NCBI GenBank assembly: GCA_903831455.1
Contig: CAIKXV010000168.1
Coordinates: 5,116 to 69,115, forward strand
DNA from: an uncultured Pseudomonadota bacterium
GTDB taxonomy: Bacteria; Pseudomonadota; Gammaproteobacteria; Burkholderiales; CAIKXV01
DNA length: 64,000 nucleotides
Direction of reading: 5' to 3'
In this document: one piece after another, positions 45,269 to 53,835 of the stretch
How positions within the stretch are numbered: the first letter of the stretch is position 1
Layout: each line of letters opens with the position of its first letter
Notes under the pieces: generated by a model
What the model was told of the DNA's origin: nothing
The model's database searches: none
Seen by the model: only the letters and a program-made list of their open reading frames with translations
Translations under genes and position numbers: made by a program

Positions 45269-46375
45269 ATGAATGCGATCCGCAAGGTCGAGGGGGACGT
45301 CGGGATGGCCGAGTGCGCCCGGGGCGGCAAGCGATGCAAGGGAACCGTCGGCGGGGCGGGTACGGCACCGCGGTTCGCGCGATTCACGTGCGCCGCGCTC
45401 GGTGTCGCGGGTGTGGTCGTCGCGACGCTGCCGACGCCAGCCCTGGCCCAGGCGGGTGCGACCCCGCGGTCCGCAGGCGACTACCCGACGCGGCCGATCC
45501 GCATCGTGGTGGGCTTCACCCCCGGGGGGCAGCCCGATATCTTCTCGCGGCTGATCAGTCCGCGGCTCACCGACACGCTCGGCCAGCAGGTGCTGGTGGA
45601 CAACCGACCCGGTGCCGGCGGTGCGATCGGCGCGAAGATCGTCGCCGAGGCGCTGCCCGACGGACATACGCTGCTCGCCGTCTCCGCCGCCCACGCGATC
45701 CAGCCGGCGGTCGCCCGGCTCGGCTACGACACCCTGCGCGACTTCGCCGGGGTCACCAAGATGTTCAGCAGTGCCTATCTGCTGGTGGTGCCGGCCACGC
45801 CCCCGTTCGCGAGCGTGCGCGACCTGCTCGCGCTGGCCCGGGCGAAGCCGGGGCAGGTGAACTTCGGTTCGGCGGGCACGGGCAGCGGGACCCACTTCGC
45901 CGGCGAGATGTTCAAGGATGCCGCGCGCATCGACGTGGTCCACGTACCCTACAAGGGTGTCCCGGAGGCGCTCACCGACACGATCGCCAATCGGGTGCAG
46001 TTCTTCATGGCCCCGCTGTCCTCGGCCATGACCCTCGTGAAGGAGGGGCGCCTGCGTGCGCTTGCAGTGTCCACCGCGAAGCGCGCGTCGGCCGTTCCGG
46101 ATATCCCGACGGTCGCCGAGGCCGCGATCCCGGGTTTCGAGTTCGACTCCTGGGGAGGGCTGCTCGCCCCGGCAAAGACGCCGCGGCCGGTGATCCGCCG
46201 CCTCAATGCCGAGGTGGTGGCCGCGCTCGCGTTGCCCGACATCCAGTCGCGCATGCGCGCGCTGGGTGCCGAGCCCGATACCGGTACCCCGGAGGCGTTC
46301 GATGCGTTCGTCGCCCAGCAGGTGGGCCTGATCGCCGCTCTTGCCGCGCGGGCGGGGCTGGCTCCGGGTCGCTGA
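45269..46375 (+). CDS. Bug-family (TctC-like) tripartite tricarboxylate transporter substrate-binding protein
   Basis: YPTRPIRIVVGFTPGGQPDIFSRLI...VDNRPGAGG...HVPYKGVPEALTD is the Bug signature. Start uncertain (45269 or 45305). Confidence 0.85.
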   Translation: MNAIRKVEGDVGMAECARGGKRCKGTVGGAGTAPRFARFTCAALGVAGVVVATLPTPALAQAGATPRSAGDYPTRPIRIVVGFTPGGQPDIFSRLISPRLTDTLGQQVLVDNRPGAGGAIGAKIVAEALPDGHTLLAVSAAHAIQPAVARLGYDTLRDFAGVTKMFSSAYLLVVPATPPFASVRDLLALARAKPGQVNFGSAGTGSGTHFAGEMFKDAARIDVVHVPYKGVPEALTDTIANRVQFFMAPLSSAMTLVKEGRLRALAVSTAKRASAVPDIPTVAEAAIPGFEFDSWGGLLAPAKTPRPVIRRLNAEVVAALALPDIQSRMRALGAEPDTGTPEAFDAFVAQQVGLIAALAARAGLAPGR

Positions 46376-46519
46376 CCCAGCCGCGCGGGTCGCACCTGCC
46401 GCCCGCCACGCAGAGGCGATGCAGGGGCGTCCGGTCGGCATCGGACCGGACGCCGGGTGGTGCGGCCCGGCATGCCGCGGGAGGCCGGGCCCGGCGCTCC
46501 GCCCGCCTCGGCCGCGGAC

Positions 46520-47734
46520 TCAGAGCGGTACGGGTGAGCCGTTGAGCTCCAGCGTGATCTCCGGCTCCAGTGCCGCGGCCAGCGTGGCGTGCAGATAGCA
46601 GGTGGTGGCGGCGATGCGCTGCAGCTTCGCGTGCGTTTCGTCCGGCGCCTGCCCGTTGAGGAACAGGTGGGTGTCGACCGGGTGGGCGATCGCGCGCAGC
46701 GTGCCCGCGGCAGCCTCGCCCTGCAGTTCGCACGGCATGTACTGGACCAGCCGTACGCCGTCGATCGCGAGCTTCATGTTCTCGATGTAGCGCGAGAGCT
46801 GCGTCATGTAGCAGAACGCGATGCCTGCGGCCATCAGGGCCAGCCCGGTCGGACCGCGATCGGTCGCGCCCGTACCGGTCCGCTCGTCGGTGCGCAACGT
46901 GAAGTGCGAGGCCCCGGGCAGCGCGAGCCAGGTGTCGGTCTCGGTGAGTCCGGCCGGGTCGAGCAGGTGGCTCTCTCCCTCGACCGTGCGCAACTGCCGC
47001 CCGCTGATGGTGGCGGGCGCGAGTTCGCGAGTGCCCGGTTCGACCACGCCGGTGCGGCGGATGAGATCGGGCAGGTCGGCGCCGGCATCGAGCGGACGCG
47101 GTGCCTTCGTCCAGGTGCGGAACGGGTCGGGCGCATCGGTGGCCGACGAGGGAGGCAGGCTGTCGACATCGCGACGACGTCCGTTCACGTAGATGGCGAA
47201 GGTGCTCTCCAGCGGTGCGCGCAAGGCCGCCAGCGCGGGCGAGGCGACGACCGCCTCGCGCACCACTTGCGCGACCGCCGCGGCGCTCGCCGCGCTGGCG
47301 ATGCGGATGCGGGCGCGCGTGGGCTCCGCGTAGCCGACCGCGTCGCCGCGGACGAACGAGCCGGTCAGGCTGTAGCGGTTGTCGAGGTGGAGGCGCAGGT
47401 CGTGCAGGGCGACCCCGCGCGCGGCCGCGGCCGTCAGCAGCCGATGGATCAGGTCGCCGTGCAGGCCCGCGTTGAACACGCCCAGCGGGAAGGGGGCGAG
47501 GTCGGTGCCGTTCAGGTGGCGGCCTTCGTCGCTGGTCACCCGCCACGCGCTGCCGCCGTCGCCCTGGGTAACCACCGCCTCCTTCTGGTGGTGGGCGAGT
47601 TGCCGGGCCTCGGCCGTGAAGACGCTGCGTCCGGCGAGGTTCTCGCAGACCGCTGCCGGCGATCGGGCGGCGTGGACCTTGAAGGCGAGCGGGTCGCCGA
47701 AGGCGTCGAGGGTGGCGGCGGCGGTGGAGGACAT
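46520..47734 (-). CDS. Tandem OsmC-like domain protein (function unknown)
   Basis: In ORF 46520..48004. ATG at 47734 with AGGAG upstream. The N-terminal half is OsmC-like but lacks the Cys pair (VTSDEGRHLNGTDLAPFPLGVFNAGLHGDL). The C-terminal half keeps both Cys (LMAAGIAFCYMTQ ... ATTCYLHATL). Confidence 0.65.
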   Translation of the reverse strand: MSSTAAATLDAFGDPLAFKVHAARSPAAVCENLAGRSVFTAEARQLAHHQKEAVVTQGDGGSAWRVTSDEGRHLNGTDLAPFPLGVFNAGLHGDLIHRLLTAAAARGVALHDLRLHLDNRYSLTGSFVRGDAVGYAEPTRARIRIASAASAAAVAQVVREAVVASPALAALRAPLESTFAIYVNGRRRDVDSLPPSSATDAPDPFRTWTKAPRPLDAGADLPDLIRRTGVVEPGTRELAPATISGRQLRTVEGESHLLDPAGLTETDTWLALPGASHFTLRTDERTGTGATDRGPTGLALMAAGIAFCYMTQLSRYIENMKLAIDGVRLVQYMPCELQGEAAAGTLRAIAHPVDTHLFLNGQAPDETHAKLQRIAATTCYLHATLAAALEPEITLELNGSPVPL

Positions 47735-48020
47735 GGGACGGCTCCTGTGCTCGGGGGGACGCGCGGTGGGGCGATGGCACCGGTGCGGGGCGGGGGCGGG
47801 GTGGCGTCCACGCGAGCGGGACTCCGCTCCGGGACAAGGAACTGATGGTCGGTGTTCGGTGTTTCGTGGGTCGTGGCCGGATCGAGGAATCGGAGGCTTG
47901 CGGGTGGGTGGCTCGGCGGCGGGGGCAACGCGTGCAGGCGGGTGGAAATCCCCGCGCCGCGGAGCCACCGGGCCGCCCCGGTTGTCGTACCGCGGGTGTG
48001 CCAACCCGACCCGCGGTCGG

Positions 48021-49052
48021 CTACTGCTGCTCGATCACGATCTTCTGCGCGCGAATGACCTTGCCCCAGCGTTCCGACTGCGTGCGGATCCAGCGATCCG
48101 CCTCGGCCGGAGTGCTGCCGACGGGTTCGAGTCCCTGCTCGGCGAGACGTTCGCGCATCTCGGGAATCGCCATCATGCGCACCACCTCGGCGTGCAGGCG
48201 CGCCACGATCTCGGCCGGAGTCTTCACCGGCACCAGCAATGCCACCCAGGCTTCGGCTTCGAATCCGGGTACGGTCGCATTCATCGGGGGCACGCCGGGC
48301 AGGGCCGGGCTCGCCTTCTCGGAGGTGACGGCCAGCGCCCGCAGCCGTCCGGATTTCAGGTGCCCGGCGATGCTGGGAACGGTGGCGAACATCGCATCGA
48401 CCTGCCCGCCGATCAGGTCCGACAGGGCACCGGCCGCTCCCTTGTAGGGGATCTGCGTGATCCGCACGCCGGTGTTGAGCGTGAGCATCTCGGCGAGGAG
48501 CCGAGCCGGTGAGCCCGGTCCCACGACCGCGGTGTTGATCACGCCGGGTCGGGCGCGCGCGATGGCGATGAACTCCTTCGCGTTGCGCGCCGGCACTCCG
48601 GGGTTGACCACCAGCACCAGCGGGCCTCGCACCAGCAGCGAGACGGGGGCGAGATCGGCCAGCGTGTCGTAGGGCAATTGGCGGAACAGGTGCGGATTCG
48701 TCGCGTGACTGTCGAACACCGCCAGCAGGGTGTGGCCGTCCGGCGAGGACTTGACCGCCGCCGCCGTGCCGATCGTGCCGCCCGCGCCGGGGCGGTTGTC
48801 CACCAGTACCGGCTGCCCCAGCGCATCGGCCAGCCGCGCGGACACCAGGCGTGCGGTGATGTCGGCCAGCCCCGAGGGCGCGTTGGGCACGATCATCCGG
48901 ATCGGACGCGCCGGCCACGGTGCGGTCTGCGCCGTCGCCTCCGTCCACGGCAGCGCGAACAGCCCCAGCGCGAAGACCACCCACATGCGGCGCAGCGCGG
49001 CCGCTGGCGGCCGGGACGTGGCGCGACCCGGGGCGGGCAGTCCATCCTTCAT
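48021..49052 (-). CDS. Bug-family (TctC-like) substrate-binding protein
   Basis: Last 343 codons of ORF 48021..50123, with GGAGGA upstream of the ATG. WPARPIRMIVPNAPSGLADITARL...VDNRPGAGG...QIPYKGAAGALSD. Confidence 0.87.
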   Translation of the reverse strand: MKDGLPAPGRATSRPPAAALRRMWVVFALGLFALPWTEATAQTAPWPARPIRMIVPNAPSGLADITARLVSARLADALGQPVLVDNRPGAGGTIGTAAAVKSSPDGHTLLAVFDSHATNPHLFRQLPYDTLADLAPVSLLVRGPLVLVVNPGVPARNAKEFIAIARARPGVINTAVVGPGSPARLLAEMLTLNTGVRITQIPYKGAAGALSDLIGGQVDAMFATVPSIAGHLKSGRLRALAVTSEKASPALPGVPPMNATVPGFEAEAWVALLVPVKTPAEIVARLHAEVVRMMAIPEMRERLAEQGLEPVGSTPAEADRWIRTQSERWGKVIRAQKIVIEQQ

Positions 49053-49217
49053 GGTCTCTCCTCCGTGCGCCGCGCGCGTTTGACGCACGGCGCGACTGTC
49101 GATACTTTCCGCGATTGTGCCGCAACCCGCGCAAGCGCGGAGGGTTGCGGACCGGCACCCGCCCCGCGCGTGCTTCCTCTCCACCAGCGGCGTGCACGCC
49201 GCGATCCGCGAGGACCG

Positions 49218-49997
49218 ATGTCCGCACCCACCCCCGCCCAACCGGGCCCCAGCGTCCGCGAATCGGTGAGCGCCGCCGAGTGGACGCTGCGCTGCGAACT
49301 CGCCGCCGCCCACCGCCTGGTCGCCCATTTCGTCTTCGTCGACCTCACCTACAACCACATCTCCGCGCGCTGCCCGGACAACCCCGAACACTTCCTGGTC
49401 AAGGCCGACAACCTGCTCATGGAGCAGGTGACCGCCTCCAACCTCGTGAAGTACGACCTCTCTGGGCGCCAGGTCGCCGCCTCGCCGTGGAAGGCCAGCC
49501 CCGCGGCCTACAACGTGCACGCCGCGGTGCTCGCGGCGCGGCCCGACATCATGGCTGCCGTGCACACGCATTCGCCGGCCAACCTCGCGGTATCGGCCCA
49601 GGCCTGCGGCCTGCTGCCGATCACCCAGCAGGCGATGCGCTTCTACCAGCGCATCGCGTACTACCCGAACGAGGTGGACGACACCACCCGCGAGGGTGCC
49701 GACTGCATGGCGGCGGCGCTCGGGCAGCACTGGACGATGCTGCTCGAGAACCACGGCGCGCTCGTCTGCGGCTCGAACGTGGCCGAGGCGTACATCTACC
49801 ATCACTTCTTCGAGCTGGCCTGCCGCGCGCAGATCGGTGCGCTGGCCGGTGGCGGTGCGTTGCGCCAGCCGACCCACGCGGTCTGCGCGGAACGGGCGGC
49901 CAAGGCGGGCCGCATCGGCGCCTACGACTCGAAGAGCCGCGACTGGGTGGCCAGCCTCGCGCTGGTCGAACAGCGCTACCCCGACTACCGAAACTGA
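49218..49997 (+). CDS. Class II aldolase/adducin-domain protein
   Basis: In ORF 48678..49997. RCELAAAHRLVAHF..., NHISAR, metal-ligand region AAVHTHSPANLAVS, and LLENHGALVCG. Confidence 0.8.
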   Translation: MSAPTPAQPGPSVRESVSAAEWTLRCELAAAHRLVAHFVFVDLTYNHISARCPDNPEHFLVKADNLLMEQVTASNLVKYDLSGRQVAASPWKASPAAYNVHAAVLAARPDIMAAVHTHSPANLAVSAQACGLLPITQQAMRFYQRIAYYPNEVDDTTREGADCMAAALGQHWTMLLENHGALVCGSNVAEAYIYHHFFELACRAQIGALAGGGALRQPTHAVCAERAAKAGRIGAYDSKSRDWVASLALVEQRYPDYRN

Positions 49998-50121
49998 CCC
50001 GCGCCGGAATCCGGCATCCGGGGGCTCCGGCACCGGCCTTGCATCACCCTGCCACGCCTGCATCCACAGGGTGCCGATCGCCCGGGGTCGACCCTGCCGC
50101 ATATCCATCAGGAGAGTGTCC

Positions 50122-51036
50122 ATGGCGAATTTCCGGCTGCTGAACTACCGGGGCGAGGCCGGTGCCGCGCGCGCCGCGATTGCCCGTGACGACGATCGGA
50201 TCGTCGATCTGCTCGATGCCTTGCCGGGCTGCGCCTGGGCGACCTCCACGCTCGCCGTGCTCGGCGCGTGGGACGAGGCCCAGCCTCGGCTCGCGCGGCT
50301 CGCCGGCGAGACGCAGGGGCCCACGCGCGCGCTGTCCGACGTGCACCTGCTCGCGCCGCTGCTCTACCCGCCGGCCATCTACTGCACGGGCGCGAACTAC
50401 CAGGCGCATGCGAGCGAGATGAATGCCGAGGGTGCCGGCGTGGACAAGGCCACGACCCAGCCGTACCTGTTCCTGAAGTCCGGCCCGCATTGCGTGATCG
50501 GCCCCGGCGACGAGGTCCGCCGGCCCCGGATCTCGCGCAAGCTCGACTGGGAGGGCGAGTTCGCGGTGGTCATCGGTCGGCGGGCCCGCAACGTCGCCGT
50601 CGCCGATGCGATGCAGTATGTCGCGGGCTACACGATCATGAACGACCTGTCGCTGCGCGACCTGTCGCGCCGCCCCGACTGGCCACGGTGGAACATCGAC
50701 TGGTTCGGCCACAAGAACTTCGAGACCGGGGCGCCGATGGGGCCGTGGATCGTGCCCGCGTCGCAGATCACCGACCCCTACGCATGTCGCCTGGAGACCT
50801 GGGTCAACGCCGAGCGCATGCAGGACACGCTCGTGTCCGGGCTCATCTTCGACATCGCCGAACTGATCGAGTATCTCAGCCGCCGCATGACGCTGTTGCC
50901 CGGCGATGTCATCGCGACCGGCACCCCCTCGGGCGTCGGTCGACCGCGCGGCATCTTCCTGCAACCCGGCGACCGCGTACGCGTGACCATCTCGGGCATC
51001 GGCACGCTGGAGAACGCGATCGTCGAGGGTGATTGA
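50122..51036 (+). CDS. Fumarylacetoacetate hydrolase (FAH) family protein
   Basis: In ORF 49696..51036, with AGGAG upstream. PYLFLKSGPHCVIGPGDEV, LDWEGEFAVVIGR, YTIMNDLSLRD, LLPGDVIATGTPSGVG. Confidence 0.85.
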   Translation: MANFRLLNYRGEAGAARAAIARDDDRIVDLLDALPGCAWATSTLAVLGAWDEAQPRLARLAGETQGPTRALSDVHLLAPLLYPPAIYCTGANYQAHASEMNAEGAGVDKATTQPYLFLKSGPHCVIGPGDEVRRPRISRKLDWEGEFAVVIGRRARNVAVADAMQYVAGYTIMNDLSLRDLSRRPDWPRWNIDWFGHKNFETGAPMGPWIVPASQITDPYACRLETWVNAERMQDTLVSGLIFDIAELIEYLSRRMTLLPGDVIATGTPSGVGRPRGIFLQPGDRVRVTISGIGTLENAIVEGD

Positions 51037-51136
51037 TGCAGGAAGGCAGGCGGCACTTCGACCGGGTCGCGGCGCGCCCGGGCGGGCGAACCGCTCCCCG
51101 TCGCGCGGCACGAAAGGCGCGCGCGATGGCTGGACG

Positions 51137-51616
51137 ATGATCCCCGTCGTGCCGAGGGTCGCTGCGGGGCTGCTGCTGGTCCTGGCGGGGGCTGTGCGGG
51201 GCGAGACGATCGTGGCGGGGCCGGGCGCGTTGCGTCCGATCGCTCCGGCCGCGGCTGCGGCGACCGGAGCGACCGTCGTGGCCGTCGCGAATGCGAATGG
51301 GGCGACGACCAGGCTCTATCGATCGCTCGGGCGCCGGCAGTGCGAGCCTGGCGGCGAGACGCTGGCGGTGGCCACGGCACGGCTGCGCGATGCGGGCATC
51401 GGGGTGACATCGGCCGCGTGTGGCGACAGCGGGCAGATGGTCGTCGCGATGTGCGGGGCGGCCACGACCGAGATCGCCATCGTCGAGGTACGCCGCGAGG
51501 ACCTCGCGCGCGCCGGAGCGCTCGGGTTCCGACCGTTGCGCGATCTGCCGGATGCGCGCGTGGCCGCATGCTCGCCCGCGCGGCGAGACATTCCGCGGGA
51601 TGCCGCGTCTCCGTGA
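51137..51616 (+). CDS. Hypothetical secreted protein (4 Cys)
   Basis: In ORF 51029..51616. Signal peptide MIPVVPRVAAGLLLVLAGAVRG and high GC3 coding bias. I recognise no family. Confidence 0.5.
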   Translation: MIPVVPRVAAGLLLVLAGAVRGETIVAGPGALRPIAPAAAAATGATVVAVANANGATTRLYRSLGRRQCEPGGETLAVATARLRDAGIGVTSAACGDSGQMVVAMCGAATTEIAIVEVRREDLARAGALGFRPLRDLPDARVAACSPARRDIPRDAASP

Positions 51617-51757
51617 ATCGGTCGCCACGCGCAGACACCCGCACCGAGCCGGGCCGTCCGGTCGCGGTGATCAGCCGGACGAGCCCTCATGGCAGGCGCG
51701 GCGATTGCAGCCAGCGCGCCGCATCGGGTCACCGCCGCATCGCCGTTCGAGGCGGGG

Positions 51758-52351
51758 TCAGCCCGTCGCGCGACTGAACCGGTAGACGGCCAGCGATCCG
51801 CGCAGGTTCGGTGCCCAGTGGATCCGGCGTCCCTCGTGCAGGACGATGCGCTCGAGCACCCGGATGCCACGAGGCGCGCAGAAGGCCTCGAAGTCGGCGA
51901 GCGTGCACAGGTGGATGTTCGGCGTGTCGTACCAGTGGTACGGAAAATCCCCGTTGACCGGCATGCGGCCCTGGGCGAGCTGCAGGCGATTTCGCCAGTA
52001 GCCGAAGTTGGGGAACGAGACGATACCCTCGCGCCCCACGCGCAGCATCTCGGACAGCAGGTGCTCGCTGTTGCGCAGGGCCTGCAGCGTGAGCGAGAGG
52101 ATCACGTAGTCGAAGGACCCCGGGTCGAAGCCCGAGAGGCCGGACTCCAGGTCCATCTGCAGCACGTTGATGCCGTTGCGCACGCAGGCCGGGATGCGCG
52201 CGTCCTCGATCTCGATGCCGTAGCCGCGCGCGGACTTGGTCTCGCGCAGGTAGCGCAGCAGCGAGCCGTCGCCGCAGCCGAGGTCGAGCACCTTCGCGCC
52301 GGGCGACACCAGCCCGGCGATCACCGCGTGGTCGGCACGAGGCCCCTTCAT
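51758..52351 (-). CDS. metW: Methionine biosynthesis protein MetW
   Basis: 197 aa. [15 protein letters not shown]-MTase-like fold, [13 protein letters not shown]..., and a start that overlaps the metX stop. Confidence 0.93.
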   Translation of the reverse strand: MKGPRADHAVIAGLVSPGAKVLDLGCGDGSLLRYLRETKSARGYGIEIEDARIPACVRNGINVLQMDLESGLSGFDPGSFDYVILSLTLQALRNSEHLLSEMLRVGREGIVSFPNFGYWRNRLQLAQGRMPVNGDFPYHWYDTPNIHLCTLADFEAFCAPRGIRVLERIVLHEGRRIHWAPNLRGSLAVYRFSRATG

Positions 52352-53538
52352 GCGCGGGCCTCCGGTTCGGGCGCGCGACCCGCCTCGCCGCTCGCCCCGG
52401 TGGGCAGGCCCCGGGCGACCCGATCGAGGTAGGCTGCGACCAGCGCGTGGTAGCGGGGATCATCGAGCAGGAAGGCGTCGTGGCCGTGCGGCGCGTCGAT
52501 CTCGCCGTAGGTGACATCGCGGCCGTTGCGCAGCAGCGCCTGGACGATCTCGCGCGACCGCTCGGGCGCGAATCGCCAGTCGGTGGTGAACGAGATCACG
52601 AGAAACCCGGCACGGGCCGGCGCGAGGGCGCGCGCGAGATCACCGCCGGTCTCGTAGGCGGGATCGAAGTAGTCGAGCGCCTTGGTGATGCGCAGGTAGG
52701 TGTTCGCGTCGAAGTAGCCGGCGAACTTCCCGCCCTGATGGCGCAGGTAGGACTCGATCTGGAACTCCGGCTCGAAGCTGTAGCGAAGCCCGCCCTCGCG
52801 CAGCTGGCGGCCGAACTTGCTCGCCATCGTGTCGTCGGAGAGGTAGGTGATGTGGCCGACCATGCGCGCGACCCGCAGCCCGCGCGTGGGTGCACCGCCA
52901 GCGGCGTAGTAGCGGCCGTCCTGGAAGTCGGGGTCGGTGAGGATGGCCTGCCGTGCGACCTCGTTGAAGGCGATGTTCTGCGCCGAGAGGTTGGGCGCGC
53001 AGGCGATGACCAGCGCGTGGCCCAGGCGATCCGGGAACTGGCGGGTCCAGGACAGCGCCTGCATGGCCCCGAGGCTGCCGCCCATCACGGCTGCGAAGCG
53101 CTGGATGCCGAGATGGTCGGCCAGGCGCGCCTGCGCCTCGACCCAGTCCTCGACGGTGACCAGCGGGAAGTCTCCGCCGTACGGCTCTCCGGTGGCGGGA
53201 TCGATGCTCATCGGGCCGGTCGATCCGAAGCAGCCGCCGAGGTTGTTGACCCCGATCACGAAGAAGCGGTTCGTGTCCACCGGCTTGCCGGGGCCGATGA
53301 TGTTGTCCCACCAGCCGACGTTGTCCGGATCATCCTCGTACCAGCCGGCGACATGGTGCGAGGCATTCAGCGCGTGGCAGACCAGGATCGCGTTGCTTCG
53401 ATCGGCGTCGAGCGTCCCGTAGGTCTCGTAGACCAGTTCGTAGCCGGCGATCGAACGTCCGCAGCGCAGCGCGAGCGGTGCGTCGAAACGCGCGCGCTGC
53501 GGCCTGACCGGACCGACCGAGCCTGCGGAGGGGGACAT
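52348..53538 (-). CDS. metX: Homoserine O-acyltransferase MetX (acetyl/succinyl)
   Basis: 396 aa. [18 protein letters not shown]..., nucleophile elbow [10 protein letters not shown], and [12 protein letters not shown]. Confidence 0.94.
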   Translation of the reverse strand: MSPSAGSVGPVRPQRARFDAPLALRCGRSIAGYELVYETYGTLDADRSNAILVCHALNASHHVAGWYEDDPDNVGWWDNIIGPGKPVDTNRFFVIGVNNLGGCFGSTGPMSIDPATGEPYGGDFPLVTVEDWVEAQARLADHLGIQRFAAVMGGSLGAMQALSWTRQFPDRLGHALVIACAPNLSAQNIAFNEVARQAILTDPDFQDGRYYAAGGAPTRGLRVARMVGHITYLSDDTMASKFGRQLREGGLRYSFEPEFQIESYLRHQGGKFAGYFDANTYLRITKALDYFDPAYETGGDLARALAPARAGFLVISFTTDWRFAPERSREIVQALLRNGRDVTYGEIDAPHGHDAFLLDDPRYHALVAAYLDRVARGLPTGASGEAGRAPEPEARA

Positions 53539-53571
53539 GGCGGAAGGGGATGTCGATGCGATGGCGGAACG

Positions 53572-53606
53572 AAAAACCCCGACGTGCTTGCGCAGGCCGG
53601 GGTCGA
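53572..53606 (-). terminator. Hairpin plus U-tract in the metX leader (possible riboswitch expression platform)
   Basis: Minus strand reads ACCCCGgcctgcgcaagcacgtCGGGGTTTTTCG. It sits about 35 nt upstream of the metX ATG and downstream of the SAM-II-like element. Confidence 0.45.
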
Positions 53607-53614
53607 GAAAACGG

Positions 53615-53680
53615 AGTTTCTCTTTAGCCGCATTTGTTGCGCGCCCGCAAGCTGAACGTCAAATCGGCGCGTGAAGCCCA
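53615..53680 (-). promoter_or_regulatory. Candidate SAM-II (SAM_alpha)-type riboswitch in the metX 5' leader
   Basis: Minus strand reads CGCCGAUUUGACGUUCAGCUUGCGGGCGCGCAACAAAUGCGGCUAAAGAG. It contains a CGAUUU 5' element, a UUGCG/CGCAA hairpin and a GCUAAAG 3' tail, resembling the SAM-II consensus as I remember it. Confidence 0.45.
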
Positions 53681-53835
53681 TCCAAGGTACAGCGGCACCT
53701 CCCGCGTGTCAAACGAAGACCCGGTCGACCGTCCGGGAGCGGGCACGTCGCGTCCGTGCGCCCCCGGGCTGCCCTCGTACGGTCGACCTCGGCGTGCTGC
53801 CGGGGCCGGGCGTGATCGAGCGCGCAGGGCGGTCC

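Noticed and set aside
48006-48020. Short hairpin CCGACC-cgc-GGTCGG just after the Bug gene stop (minus strand) as a terminator
   Set aside because: The stem is only 6 bp with no U-tract, and comparable GC palindromes are frequent in this DNA.
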